64,000 nucleotides of DNA. Origin: Ascidiella aspersa (Eukaryota). Below, one piece after another: positions 35,901 to 48,813 of this stretch. The stretch lies in the NCBI GenBank assembly GCA_963924565.1, contig OZ004609.1, positions 23,374,001-23,438,000 of the forward strand, given 5' to 3'. Every line of letters starts with the position of its first letter. The first letter of the stretch is position 1. The notes below the pieces were generated by a model. That model worked only from the letters and a program-made list of their open reading frames with translations, did no database searches and was not told where the DNA came from. The position numbers were made by a program, and so were the translations under genes.

Positions 35901-38053
35901 CGGTATCCGCTCTTATACGTTTATCTATCTATAGTTTAATATTTTGACAAACTTATTTACTGATACTAAAATAAAATGTTTGGTTTTTGGTTGTAAACCA
36001 GCGAAGTAACGTCAACCACGGTTTCGTAAACCAAAAACGAACGAAAACTTCCACTTCAGAATTTCTAATTTTTATTTCTAGTGAAAAGTAAAATTGTGAG
36101 TCTAAAATCTTGCTCTTACCGTTATGGTGTTTTACTCCTCTGTTTTGGACTTTCCGAATAAGTGACTTTAATCTGGCGGTTATATCCGAGCCACCAACTG
36201 CCATTTGTCGTATTCCTTCGGCAACCACACTTCCTGCGGGAAAATCGAATAATAAAGTACACTACAGGGTTGTAATGACTCAATGACAATGTCTTGACTT
36301 GACTTGAAGTTATTCGGCCAAATTACTTGACTTAAGTATTTCGGGAAAATGGCGTGACTCGGACTTTTTCTTAATTTTTGGCGAAATTTGATTATTATAG
36401 CAAACTATCTGCTTGTAAATTAGATTGCTCGCTTTATATTACTTTTTGTTGTTTATCAATTTAGGTAATAGAACATTTTATTTTAATGTTAATAACTTAT
36501 TTTTATGTTAAAAAAAACTTGTGCTTGACCTGCTATGACAGTGCTTACTATTTTTGCAAATTACTTAAGTCGTTTTGAAACATATTATTTATACTTTACG
36601 ACACTGATACACTATGTCTCATTTGTTATCGTGTTGTGGTTATGAGCAATTCGTTTGGCAAATATTTAGTTTTACCGTAAACAATACAAATATTTCTAAA
36701 TGCTTTACTGAAGTTAACAAAACAACCTTTTAATTCAACCCACCTTGAACAACAGGAGAGCAACTCGTTATGTCGTGCCCGATGCTGATAACTAACCCGG
36801 TGGTGATACTGAAGCCGTGTAGTGCCATTGGAGCGCTGCTGCCCAAATACAACTGTTGAACGCCCAGTTTCTCAAACATCAGCTTATTACAGAACATAAC
36901 AAAGTTAAAAATAAATCCAAGCCGGAAAAAATCAAATAAAAAACAGCGCTTAAAACACGACTTCGGTATACTCAAAAAACAAAAACATATATTTGTTTAT
37001 GTATTCAAATTGCGCGGTAAAACAGTCTATAAAATGAAAAACATCTACCTTGACGACATTTTCCCGTGATTCCCGCGACGCTACGGGTGATATCGGCATC
37101 ACGACCTTGGCTTCCTCCGGTTCGACCTTGAGTTCCATGATGAGGATATGTTTGACGATGTGAAGCCAATCTTCCCAGTCCTGGACTTCCCCTTTCTGAA
37201 CTGGATGCTGAAAATATTAGTGTTGTAAACGCATTGACGTTACTTCAGGCAAAGGCTTGTGATGTCAGTCAGAACAAGTACCAGAGAATGTAATACACGT
37301 TTTGTTGATATAAATTTCGCTAAAAATATTGCTTTGCCACTTTTGAATTATTTTCACTCATGTAATGAAAATATTGTTTTCAAGTACACCATACGCACAG
37401 GCGTATTTTTTAGTCCCTGAAATAAATTGTTCATGACTTTCAACTTCCGGTAAAATGCGTTTTACTGATAGTTATTGTGTAACACGATGTAATTAATTAT
37501 GAGTTGAGACTCACCGAAAAGGAAAGGACATCACTTCGCAGCTTAGCATCGTGTCCCACAAAAACGGTATCCATGGAGACTCCGAGTAGGGCGTCCTCGC
37601 TTCGAGGCCGCCCGACTACAGTTGGCATGACAACAGAGGGAGTGTCCTCTTGCGGGAATCCCCCTTTGCACACCCCGCTTCCGATATTGATGACAACCGT
37701 GTTGCCATCGCTCATGGCGTCTAACATGGCAAGGTGGCTGCTGGTGCGAGACGAATTCAATTCGGTATCTAAAATTACAAAGTTGTGGTCAAAACACAAT
37801 AAACTAAGTTTCAGATTTATGGTTAGCCGAAAATGACCTAAATAAGTTGAAGTTAAAGTTGTTATAAAAAAACAACATTACCTACAGCGGTATGGACTGT
37901 GTACTATTTTATTTCCCTTAAGTTGAACTAAATTAGATATAAACCAGTGACTTGACTTGATATTAATTTATGTTGGGAATGTTTCGGAAAAAATCTTGAG
38001 TTTGGTAATTTATAAATAAGTTATGTTGAGAAAAATGGTTGATAAGTTGAATT

Positions 38054-38084
<31 letters not shown>

Positions 38085-39324
38085 ATGGCCCTGAACTGGG
38101 AGTTTACACGCTTTTCTCTATGCATTTTGGACACTTTACAATGCCACGTTTACATCACTGCCAGTCCAATTCAAGCAACACCTGCTGGGGTAGAGTCTTC
38201 AGGATCGACGTGGAAAATGTTGCCGTGACTCGCGCTAAGACTTCTGCTCAGTTCGCGAAGTGCATTGTTCAGCTTGGCCTGTGTATCGTCGGATGCCCTG
38301 TCGAAAATAAAGAACCGCAAAGATCGTTTATCAATAGAACAGAACAGTGTTATACTTTTTAAGTGCCATACAATTAAAAATACGTTTAGCCAAACATGCA
38401 ACACTAATAAGACAAAAAGGGAACATCATAAGAATGTTTAGTTTTCTAAAAATCAGAGCTCCAAAACTGGAGGACGCAACTCTGTTGTCGCGAGAAGTTT
38501 GAGGGTCGCATAGGCCTACATTTATTTTTATAAAAGGTGTCACATTTATATAAGTTGTGCTTTTTTACTTTTGTTTTAAAAAAAAAAAACGATTTAAAAC
38601 TCTGCAATTTGAAACAAATGAAACACTTATTTCAACTACAAAAAGTAGCATAAAAGACAACCCCAAAAGTTTAACGTTTTTTCAGCACATGCATGGAACA
38701 TAGCAAACAACTAAAAATATTTGCTTTCAAATGTTAGTAAATAAAAAGGGGTCACAAATTAGGAAGGTATAAGCTCTGCTATAAATAATATGTTTTGCTG
38801 TTATTTCTAGATAAACAGGACAATAAAGGAGTGATGGAGCTCAAAACTCGTAGCAATTAATTCACTTCAACCCACTTTCCCTCTCCTCTGATTCCGAGCG
38901 CCGACGACCTCCCGTCCAGCTCATCCTCCTGCTTCTGACGCCAGCGCATCATCAGCGGTGACGTAGGCACACTGAGTGATGTCAGACGGTGTGACGTTGC
39001 GGGCAGTCTCTTGGCGTGAGCCCGTCTCAACAAAGTCACTTCAGGGCTAACTTTAGCGTCGTCACTGCTGTTGTCGCTATTCTCAAGGATTGGAGTGCTG
39101 AAACCGCCAGCTTCGGGTAAGTTTCGCAGGATTTCCGGGGGCGACCCAACATCCGATAAGTTTTCCGCGTTATTTTCGAGTAACTTTCCGCTTTTGAGAG
39201 TCAGCAAACTCAGCTGGTCATTGCTCGCGTTGTTTGTCACCGCCGACTTGGGCTGGTTTGTCGAAGGGAAAAGACCCTGTTTTGACACCGGTTCCGCAAC
39301 TTCGACGCTGGCCGAACAACCCAT
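32955..39324 (-). CDS. Divergent actin-like protein with ~210-aa N-terminal extension beginning MGCSAS; 9 exons: 39324-38876, 38297-38182, 37768-37515, 37207-37049, 36882-36744, 36233-36120, 35830-35639, 33627-33467, 33143-32955 (~590 aa)
   Basis: Exons 3-9 align colinearly to actin: 'VVINIGSGVCKGGF...PSVVMPTVVGRPR', 'HPVQKGEVQDWED', 'LMFEKLGV', 'TTGLVISIGHDIT', 'EKLCYV', 'YSLPSG...ERFLAPEILFHP', 'NIVIVGGASLLPGLPERL', 'RQYAIWRG...SLST...WITREEFQEHGATIVHRKYV*'. Exons 1-2-3 join with compatible intron phases (2, then 1). The exon-2 donor (CAG|GTGTTG) is weak. Confidence 0.82.
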
Positions 39325-42300
39325 TTTTAGCCTTCTTAGGCTGGTCGTAACTTATTGAGCTATGTTCATATACGGTTGGTTACTTCTAAAGTTAAAATTA
39401 TTTTTTTTACCAAAGTCAGATATTGTGTTATATTTGATAAGCACACTTTCCTGAGCCATTTCTTAAGCAATAATCTTATTTTTTGGTGTAGGCTATTCCG
39501 AACTTATCTTGCTCTGTGTAAGCTTTATACCGACTATCGAAGGTAATGCCGACATATGCTACTATAATATTCAACAATATTATTCATTTAACTACACTTG
39601 AGTAAAATACAGGTATATAGGGAGTTCCTAAGTCTGTTTTTAAAATAATCTTTGTTGCATCGTCCAGTTGTTTAAGTGTGTTTTCGAAGCGTTTAACATT
39701 GTCAGCTGATTTTGCAGTGATAACATCGAACCATCGAAAGAAAATACGCATGTAAACATCTTTCGTCTAACATCAAAAGCCAGAGACGCGCCACCGAACT
39801 GGTGAGGCCAATATCTGCTTGCACATCGCTCGGTTGAGTATTGACCGGTCCTTATTCACTGTGTCGCCTGGTGATTCTTTTCGCTGACCAAACAAACCAC
39901 AACCATTGACCCTTTCACTAGCTTAAATCTGGCCCTGAGAGACCGAGTTGGCAAGTCGAAACGTGCAAGGCGCAGCCGACGCGAACAAAGTCGTTTACGA
40001 GCCGATTATTTGTTACCTGCTCCATTGAGCTCGCGTTCGCGGTCGGTCTCTAAAGTTCATCCAAGTATATAACATCGCACCGATAAAAGCTTTTCAATAT
40101 TTTACGGTTCTTTTGACTGGTTGCCGAGATTTGTTGCTCATGACAAAACTAGTGCAATCTTCGGATGGCGCACAGTTAAGTATTGTTTTTTTTAAATATT
40201 GCATTAGTTTGTTATATGGTATTTTTTTTAATATCGCGTTAGCTGTTTTCAGCAAATTCTTGCAATCTTGAGTCGTAAAGTAGAACATTTGCAATAAAGG
40301 TCTCACAGAAAATATAATAAATGGCCTGTTGCTTTCACCACTCTGAACTACTCTGAAAGAGTGTAATGTACGAGACGCTTGCAAATTTAAACTATTAACT
40401 GTTGCCAATTTGAAATCGTAGTAACTACTTTCAAAAACTAAAGGCCGAGTGCTTGCTTAAATAAATTAAATTATTGCCCTCCTAGTTGAACTGCTGCTTC
40501 CCTCACTTGAACTGTCGTCTTAAGGATCCACTCTGATCAACATACCTTGGCGTGTGCTCCTTATTTTCATCGGTTATTTGCTTTGGGGCGGTTTGGCTGT
40601 CGACGGTGCATATAATCGACATTATACAGTGAATTACGAGGCTTAATCATTGACCATACCGCTCTCTCTTACCTTTTCATTTCGCCGTCGGTGTCCGACG
40701 CGTTACCATGACACAACTTTACGACCCCCTTCTATAAATAGCCCGACCATATATTTTGAAATTGCTCCGCATGACAAACCGCCAGTATCGATGTGGAATG
40801 CTTTGTCCCATGCTATGACTAAGTTTATGCGAGTTGAATATTGGAAAATTAATTTCGCCTAAATTTATGACATAGTTTGTCAGTAAGTAAACATTCATTA
40901 ATATTGTTGTCATACCATAGCACAAGCAATAGTTTACAATAGTACATATGGAGGCCAGTTTGACGAACTTTCCCGTCAGTTGCGGGTTACAATAAATTAA
41001 AAAAAAAATAAGTTGCATTTAACTGAATCAGTATTTTTTCTGATAATGGGAGGGAAGGGGTCATGTACAAGACATTAAGCCGTGGCGACGATATTGCTAT
41101 TAAAACAAGAAATCGCCTTTCCATGAGCAAATGGGGTGATTTACAATTTACCTGACAAAAATGAGCAAATATTAAAGCGTTCGTTGAAGATCACACAAAA
41201 ACCATTTCTGTGATTTTTAGCTAGGCTGCTTGTTTAATGTTCATTTATTAAACTAACGTTTTCCATTTTTTCTATCGTTCGGGGCGTATTGTGAAGTTAC
41301 TGTATGGGTGCAACAGTGCAGTTTGAGAAACACTGTAGTATATAACGCTGGGAATTTGTTTAAATGATGTTGGTTTAATAATGTACATGACAAAAATAAG
41401 TTGAAATATCTACCACAGTCATCGACATTGGGGATTATTTATTTGGTTTGGGCTAACAAATATAGGAAAATTGACCTAATTTTATTTCACGAAAAATCGG
41501 CATTAAACACCTTTTTCACTCGAGTTATTTTGTAATATTGTGGTGTTTTGTTTAGATTTTTTGGCAAATATCGACAAAATAAATACTATATGACACCATG
41601 CGTGAATAGTCTTTTTCAGAACAATGGCTTCATATTTTGACAAAATATTTTTTTGTCTGGGTGTTAACAGCCCTGAACGAAAGTGTTACCTTAACAACAA
41701 GCTTTCAAAGATGTCTAACGTCTTCGATTTAAAGTTGTTTTCAGGTAAACAAATGCTACTTGCGTAAGATTGTCATATTCGCCAATTTGATGGACCAGGA
41801 GTCCTCAACCTTTTTTTCTTTCGTTGCACAACAATTCTGTGGGTCAATATTTTTTTATGAAAAAAAAAAACAGTAACATAGGTTAGAATAAAAAAAGAAA
41901 ACATATTTCAAAACAGGTATTTATTCAACCGTGCATTAATGAAAAACATGCTAATGAACAATAAAAAGCCGTTATTCCTGTAAAACTAAGTATAGTGACA
42001 CAAATGAAACTAAATTCGGTTTATCAGGCTTTACTAAATTGTTCTATGGCACACCTCAAAATGTTTCCATGGCCCACTGGGTGAGAACCGCTGGACCAGA
42101 CGATGTAAACTTTAAGTTGTTCAGCAGAACTGTGAATAATTAAAAAAAGGATAAACAATGTTTTCACCAAGTGTTTTACCTCACCGATATGTCTTCGTGA
42201 CAGCGACGAGCCAACCAGCAACTGATGCGCATCGCAAGGCAAAAGATTATTTCTGAACAGACGCGCGAAAGCCGACAAACCAGCAAACGTGCTACGACGA

Positions 42301-45013
42301 CTGTGGTATTCGAAAGGGCCACTTAGCTTGTACGTTGCGCCTCAACAAACGTCGCATCGTTCACCCTTTCACGTTTCTTTCTTTCTCCTTGCGCTTCCTC
42401 TTGGTTCGATTACGATACGCCGCTGGCCTGTTGGGAGAGAAATAATCTTGCGCCCACGCTGTGACAACGATTTACGTCAATCGTTGCTTACAGCTGGCTG
42501 TTCACTGCAGCTTACTGTACGCTACAGAGTAGCAGCATTGAGATTTTTGGTACTGCAACGTGCTAATGCTACAAAGGTAATCGAGTGCTTTTGAAGTAAT
42601 AGCAGATATGAGATTTGCAGTAAATACAGTGTTCTCTGTTTAAGAGTTGCACTTTCCCTTTGGCTTAAAGTAGGGCTTGTTTAAGTGAGGTATTACCTAA
42701 CTACTTACTTGAAAAGCATTACGAATTACTTATGTTTACTTTGCTTTAAAAGATAAATCTATTGGGGATATGTTGCTAAAATATGTTTGCTAGTAAAGGA
42801 AATATTACATAATACAAGCTTGGATTTTTGTATTGTTGTGCATGCCACGTGTAGTCATTGCTTATTGCTAATCAAACGCTACTTGCTATGTCACATTAGA
42901 TTTTTTATTCGTAAAAGCAGCCAAATCGCTAAAGTGTGTTCGGTACAGTTGGTCTTGCAGACTAATGATTTTGGACGTCCTACACTACAGCATAATCAAC
43001 AGTTGGGGAAAATGTTAACTCAATAGATCGGATGATGCCATTAATATTTTTAAATTACTATGACGTCATTACTATCGAATGACGTTGTTACTATGGATTA
43101 ATAGGAAAAAATTATAAAACAGAAAGCACAAAGGTTACGTTTTTTAGGTTAGGCATTTTAGCCACCTTTGATTGTTAATTCAATTGTTTGTAGGCTAACA
43201 ACCTTTCACTGTAGAAAACATTGGGTCGGCAAGCAAACCATTGCTGATGTAAGTTGATATCGGATTGTCAATAGGGATTTTCGATAATATCGGATCGAAG
43301 ACGATACCCGATGCCAAGTGATAGTATCGATACTCATCCGATACTGGTCCGATAACAAATTAACAAGGGAATTTCAGCCATGATTTATGATCGGATGCAA
43401 TGAGTTTCACAGTAAAAAGTAATCTTTAAAAAATAGTGGTTACCAACCGGAGGTAACTTAAATTTTCGTAACGCTAAAGCAAATTTTGGATAAATAACCT
43501 GAAAAAAATGACTTGAATTTTTTGAGCCACGGCCCACTGTTTGAGAACCGCTGGTGTAGAGTATCGGGTATGGGTGTTGATAGCGTGAGACACGCGGTGA
43601 TTTAAATGAAAGTAAGACTTGCTTTTAAATGAGATAAGTTAACGCATGTATGTTTGAGACTTGACCACAGACCTTTGAAGGTATCTAACACATTGTTTAG
43701 TATTTGTTTTTGAGAAACAACTAAAACACCTTTACACTTGTTTTGAATGCCCACTTTTAATCACCCAAATGTCCGTTTGGATTAGCTCAATTTGTATTAT
43801 ACAGTCAAAACTTTAGTTATGTTGCCATCTCGGATGTTTTTTGTCGTATTTCTTTTCTGTAAGATTATATTCTGTTAAGACAAACCGATTTAAATTTTTC
43901 TGAATCTCTCATTTTATTTAACGCTGTGCAGCACTTTTCACTAGCTTCTCGTAGGTTTAAAGTTAAAATCTTCCTTGTGTACACTATTGCGTAATTGTTA
44001 ACATGCTGTTCCTGAAGACCTGTGCTTAACTCGCTGTAAATGACGTCACAGTATCCGTCAGTCGCAAGGCTGTCACCTGATTGTCGCTAAACCAATATAA
44101 AAAACATTAGGCAGGCAATTTCAACCTTAAAATTAAAGTGGTTAATATAAAGACGCCATTTAACATTTAAAATACTGAAAACACTATTTTAAAAGTTATT
44201 TGTTTTGTGTATAAGTTGACAGGACTCTGTAAATTTGGTGCTTCAGTGCTTTAAAATTGTTGACATTATAAAGCCTATAAAGGACCCCATTTAGTGGTGA
44301 TAAATTAAACGTCGGTATTTTGTGTCGGAGGTATATTTAAGAAACGAATACATATTCGCCCAAAGCTTATAAATGTGTGCGTTTTAATATTTTTGGAGTT
44401 TTCAAGCCGGAATTATATTTAGTAGAGTTCTTTGAATTACTGGAATTATAGAGATAATTTGTTAGCGTGCAATGATCTCCTCTGTGTATTAACACTGCGT
44501 ACCACAATCATTGCTAACCGCGGTGGATTACTGATTAAAAATAAAATTCAGAAAAATTTGGTTTATATAAACACGAGTTTTGCCTTGCAAAAAAGCGTTG
44601 CCACTACTACGAGAGCGTTTTCATTTTCTTTTTCAAGTTTTCTTTTCTTTGTGGTGCGCTATCACGAAGTTACTCCTTCGTGACCTTTCGCTCGGTGTTC
44701 TTAAGGTTTTGCTAAAATGGACATGCACTTTTTGTGTTTGCATCGTATTACTTATTATTCTTATATTTAACGTAACAGTACGAGGCTGCTCACACTTTCG
44801 CCTTGATAGTTTTGTTGCCAAGACTCGGAAATATCTAGCAGGATGTTTCTTATAACTTTTGCGAAGCGTGTTGACAAACAACACCGAACTTGCAAAAACT
44901 CCCGAATGATAAAGCTTTGCGTATTAGTTACGATCTTTTCGGCACGAATTAGGAGAGTCGTCTTTTGACTTACGGATACGCCTATATGTAATTGATATAA
45001 TCTACGTAGACGA

Positions 45014-45383
45014 TAGTGTTGTAATGACTTTACTTAAGTCACTGTTTATAAATGACTTGAAATGACCTTAGTCATTTGGGCACTTAAGTCTTTCGGAGAA
45101 ATGACTTGACTTGACTTAAGTCTTTTGGGCAAATTACTTGGGTTGAAATGAAGTGTTTTCTGTAAGGCTTTTTTTATAAAATTGAACTTTTATCCAAATT
45201 TTTACACATAAAACAATTTGCTTGCTATATGTTGCGTTTTTCTTATTTTTTAGTTCAGTTATTACTCTTTATGGTTGGATTTTTAAATGACTTGACTTGT
45301 TATTTATTCAAAAAGGCTTGACTTTGACTCAAGTTATTTTACAAATGACTGGGACTTAAGTAAATTACTTGTTTACAATACTG
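45014..45383. mobile_element. MITE with TGACTTGACT internal repeats
   Basis: Termini TAGTGTTGTAA / TTACAATACTG, flanks gtagacga/gtcgacga (7/8). Related copy at ~36265-36605. Confidence 0.7.
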
Positions 45384-45599
45384 GTCGACGACACAAACTA
45401 CAGTAATTCCCATATTTAAAATCGACGGTCCTCCAAGACGAAGCGACCTTAATATTCCTGAACTTAAAAAAAGTTACAAATTAATTCGACCATTTGGCGC
45501 TATTTGCCACATTACCATAACTGTGAAAACAGTTTTACTTTTTTCTGCAGCTTATTTGGTTGCTTCGAAAGGTGACTTAGTGCGTAAGCTCTTGCTGCG

Positions 45600-48500
45600 A
45601 TGAACAACAATGCCGTATCGCCTCAGGATGCCACGGAAAACTCCTCATTGGCCTTTGACTCGACGACAAGCCATTCTGACAGGTGCTTCTGGTCGGACAA
45701 AGAAATTGCAGACATGTGGGCGATAGTTGAAAACATGGACCTTATTACTCTCTGCGACGAAAAGAAAACGCGATCCGAGGAGCTGTACAGAGAAGCAGAA
45801 AGGCGAATGAAACTACTGGGGCACAACAAAAAGTAAGCTGGAATAATTCGGCATTTGAGCTTACGTTTTAAAAATTGGTAGGGTGAAAAATAGCTCTATC
45901 GTTAAACATGCAGTTAAAAAATGCCCACAATTCTGGATCAGTATTTAACGATTTGTCGTTTTTTAAATGTTTGTCGGCCCAACAAGCTAGAGCTATAGAA
46001 TAATGGGTGACTGGGCGTAGCCTACAAATTGCTATGATTGTTTCATCTATATGTTCTTAAAATCTGTATTTTTGCAGATTTGGTCAAATCAGAAGCAAGG
46101 TAAAAACCACAAGGTCAATGTTCCTCAAAGGATTACGCGGCAATAGCAAAGGCAGCCGAAATCGATCAATTAACGTTCACTACGATACGCTGCAACGACT
46201 GTTTGCCAATCGACCGTCATCACAATTTGGTTTCGACTTTAACCTTAACGTTGGTGATGCATACAGTGAAGCCGGTAAGACTAACTGTTTAGTGACTGAT
46301 CGCCTTGCCAAGGTGCAAAGTTGTTCATGATACCGTTCGTATTTTTGCCCGCAAAAGTAGCTAATAATCTTCTATACACTTTGCTAACGTAAACCTTTGA
46401 ACACGTCTAAAGACTGTGCTAGAGTCAACTTGAGCTGCTGTTACATCGAAAGGCTTGTTTCTTTTTGGATGACCCAATCCTGATCAAATCAATATTTTGA
46501 AGTTGATATTTCCAAAATTTTTTTTTTACAAGGCAAGCTAAACAAATACAGAGTGTATTTTTTGTTCGATTCTGATTTAAATTGAGCAACCGAAAGCCGT
46601 TCAAAAATTGCCACTATCGGGAATGAATATTAGTTTCGGTTGTTGACGGCTTAAACAGTGTTTGCCAAACTGTGTGCCATGGCTGTGAGCATACAGGAGT
46701 CACAAATGTTGTTAAACTTTAACACAATGATTCTTTGATGATTTTCCAAATTATATCAAGGCAGAAAAATACTTTTTTTCTGCATTGAAAATTAATTTAA
46801 AAAATAATTTTGAAAAACTGTTGTTAATCAATGTACATTAGCCATCGCTAGAGGTGAAAAATGTCGAAAAACAAAACTACCAAAAATTTCTTTATAAAAT
46901 AGCGAATTTTGAGAAGAAATTCATTAAAAGCTTGATGGGACGGTTTGTAGTTTCCAGACTCAAGGTTGTGTTCGAAAATAAAGGTGAAGTGTAGACAAGC
47001 AATGTTCTATATAAATAATAATAGCCGGGATGATATATCTGATTTGGACGATGTGCTAAAGGCCATACAAAAAATGTTTCACGGCACACGGTGGGCCACG
47101 AACTGTTTTATAAAAAGTAATTAGGACGGAGAATAAAACAGTTTGGAAACGGAACCACTGGCTTAAACGCTCAGCCCCCTCACAACTTTCTATCACGTCT
47201 TTTGTTTTGTACACCCTTGGTTTAAACCAGGGGTTCCAAACTTTTTACACCGGATCTTAATTTTTTTGCTTAGCTTGGATCACGGCAAACAATTTACAGA
47301 GATGACGTCATAAATTGCCGTAATAACACAAATCGACTACAGAAATCTGCTGATTTTAGTCAAAAAATGTGAAAGTGCGATGGAGTCAACATTCAGTGCA
47401 AAATCGTTTTATTTTTAGTTAAACTCTTTTACAAAATTGATAACTTCTTAAATATACACTAATATTTCCTTTAGGCCTTTATAGACCCCCTAAAGCTAGT
47501 TCACGGACCCCAAAGGGTCCATGGACCCCAGTATAAGAACCCCTTGTTTAAACAATCCGAATAAATTTAGACACAAATTTAATAGCAGTTTTTGCGCACG
47601 CGACTTCCTCTGGTTGAAATATATGTGCCTGTTTTGATTCTTAACCGTTTAACAACCCATACTATGTTGGAGAAATCCTTTAAAATAAATTAAGATCAGG
47701 TATTTTTATTAGAATAATAAGTCTATGGTCAACACAGCATTTGTAAGTGTCTTATTATTTCAGTTTAGCTCTTGCTGTATTTTTGACAGTTTATATTTAT
47801 TACAGATTTGACTAATGATATGGACGATTTCAATGATTCTTACGCACCAGAAAATGATGTTTCGCAAATCGGGATTGCTGACCCGGTAACAATTGTACCT
47901 CGAGTGATAAAACAGCCAAAATCTGTAACTCAAGGCCCGTGTAACGGTAAGTTTCTCCAACTAGTCCTAAATAAGAAGCGCTATCCATTACCCAACGGTG
48001 TTACATGCTAAAAAGTTTTATTTTTTGCATATAAAGGTTTTAATATACTATACCAGGGGTGGGCAAACTGTGGCTCGCGAGCCGCATGCGGCTCTCCGGT
48101 AGGTTATTTGTGGCTCTTCTAGTTGAATAGTAAAATGATAAAATATTGTAAAGGTTACCAAGAGTACCGTTTATAAGAGTTTCTCTCTTTTTCTTTTCTT
48201 TATTAAGGCCAGCATTTCGTTATGACGTAACACCAGACATAAAAGTCTGAAGAGTTAGTTAACAAAAGACTGATATCAATAAATATTGTGCGTGAAATTT
48301 TGCTATTACCGTTATTATTATTGTGTTGATTATGACCATTTTGTTATATTACAATTCTGTCATTTTTGCGGCTGACCTTGCCTTACCGTTTTTGTATTGA
48401 AATAATTTTGAGGCTCTCTGGTACTTGTTTTTTCTGCAAATGGCTCTTCCATTCAATACATTTGCCCACCCCTGTACTATACAATGTACTTTAATATACC

Positions 48501-48782
48501 GTAAAACATTAGTTCTGCTTGTAGTAATCCCCGAAAAGTAAGCAAATTTTATTAGAAAAAATCCGAAACATTGCTACAAACGTTTTACGGTATATTAAAG
48601 TACATTGTTTTATTAAACCCAAAAACATTGCTACATGCAGAAATCTATATTCCTAATAAATGCAATAAACATACGTTAAGCCTGGATAGAATCGCCGACA
48701 ATGCTGCCGGATGTAGGACAAGAACAACATGAGCAGCCACGACAAAAAACGCAACATCATCAGCAGCAACAGCAACAACAGC

Positions 48783-48813
<31 letters not shown>

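Noticed and set aside
40133-40147. RFX X-box-like GTTGCTCATGACAAA upstream of the actin-like gene
   Set aside because: The second half-site has too many mismatches to support a ciliary-regulation claim.
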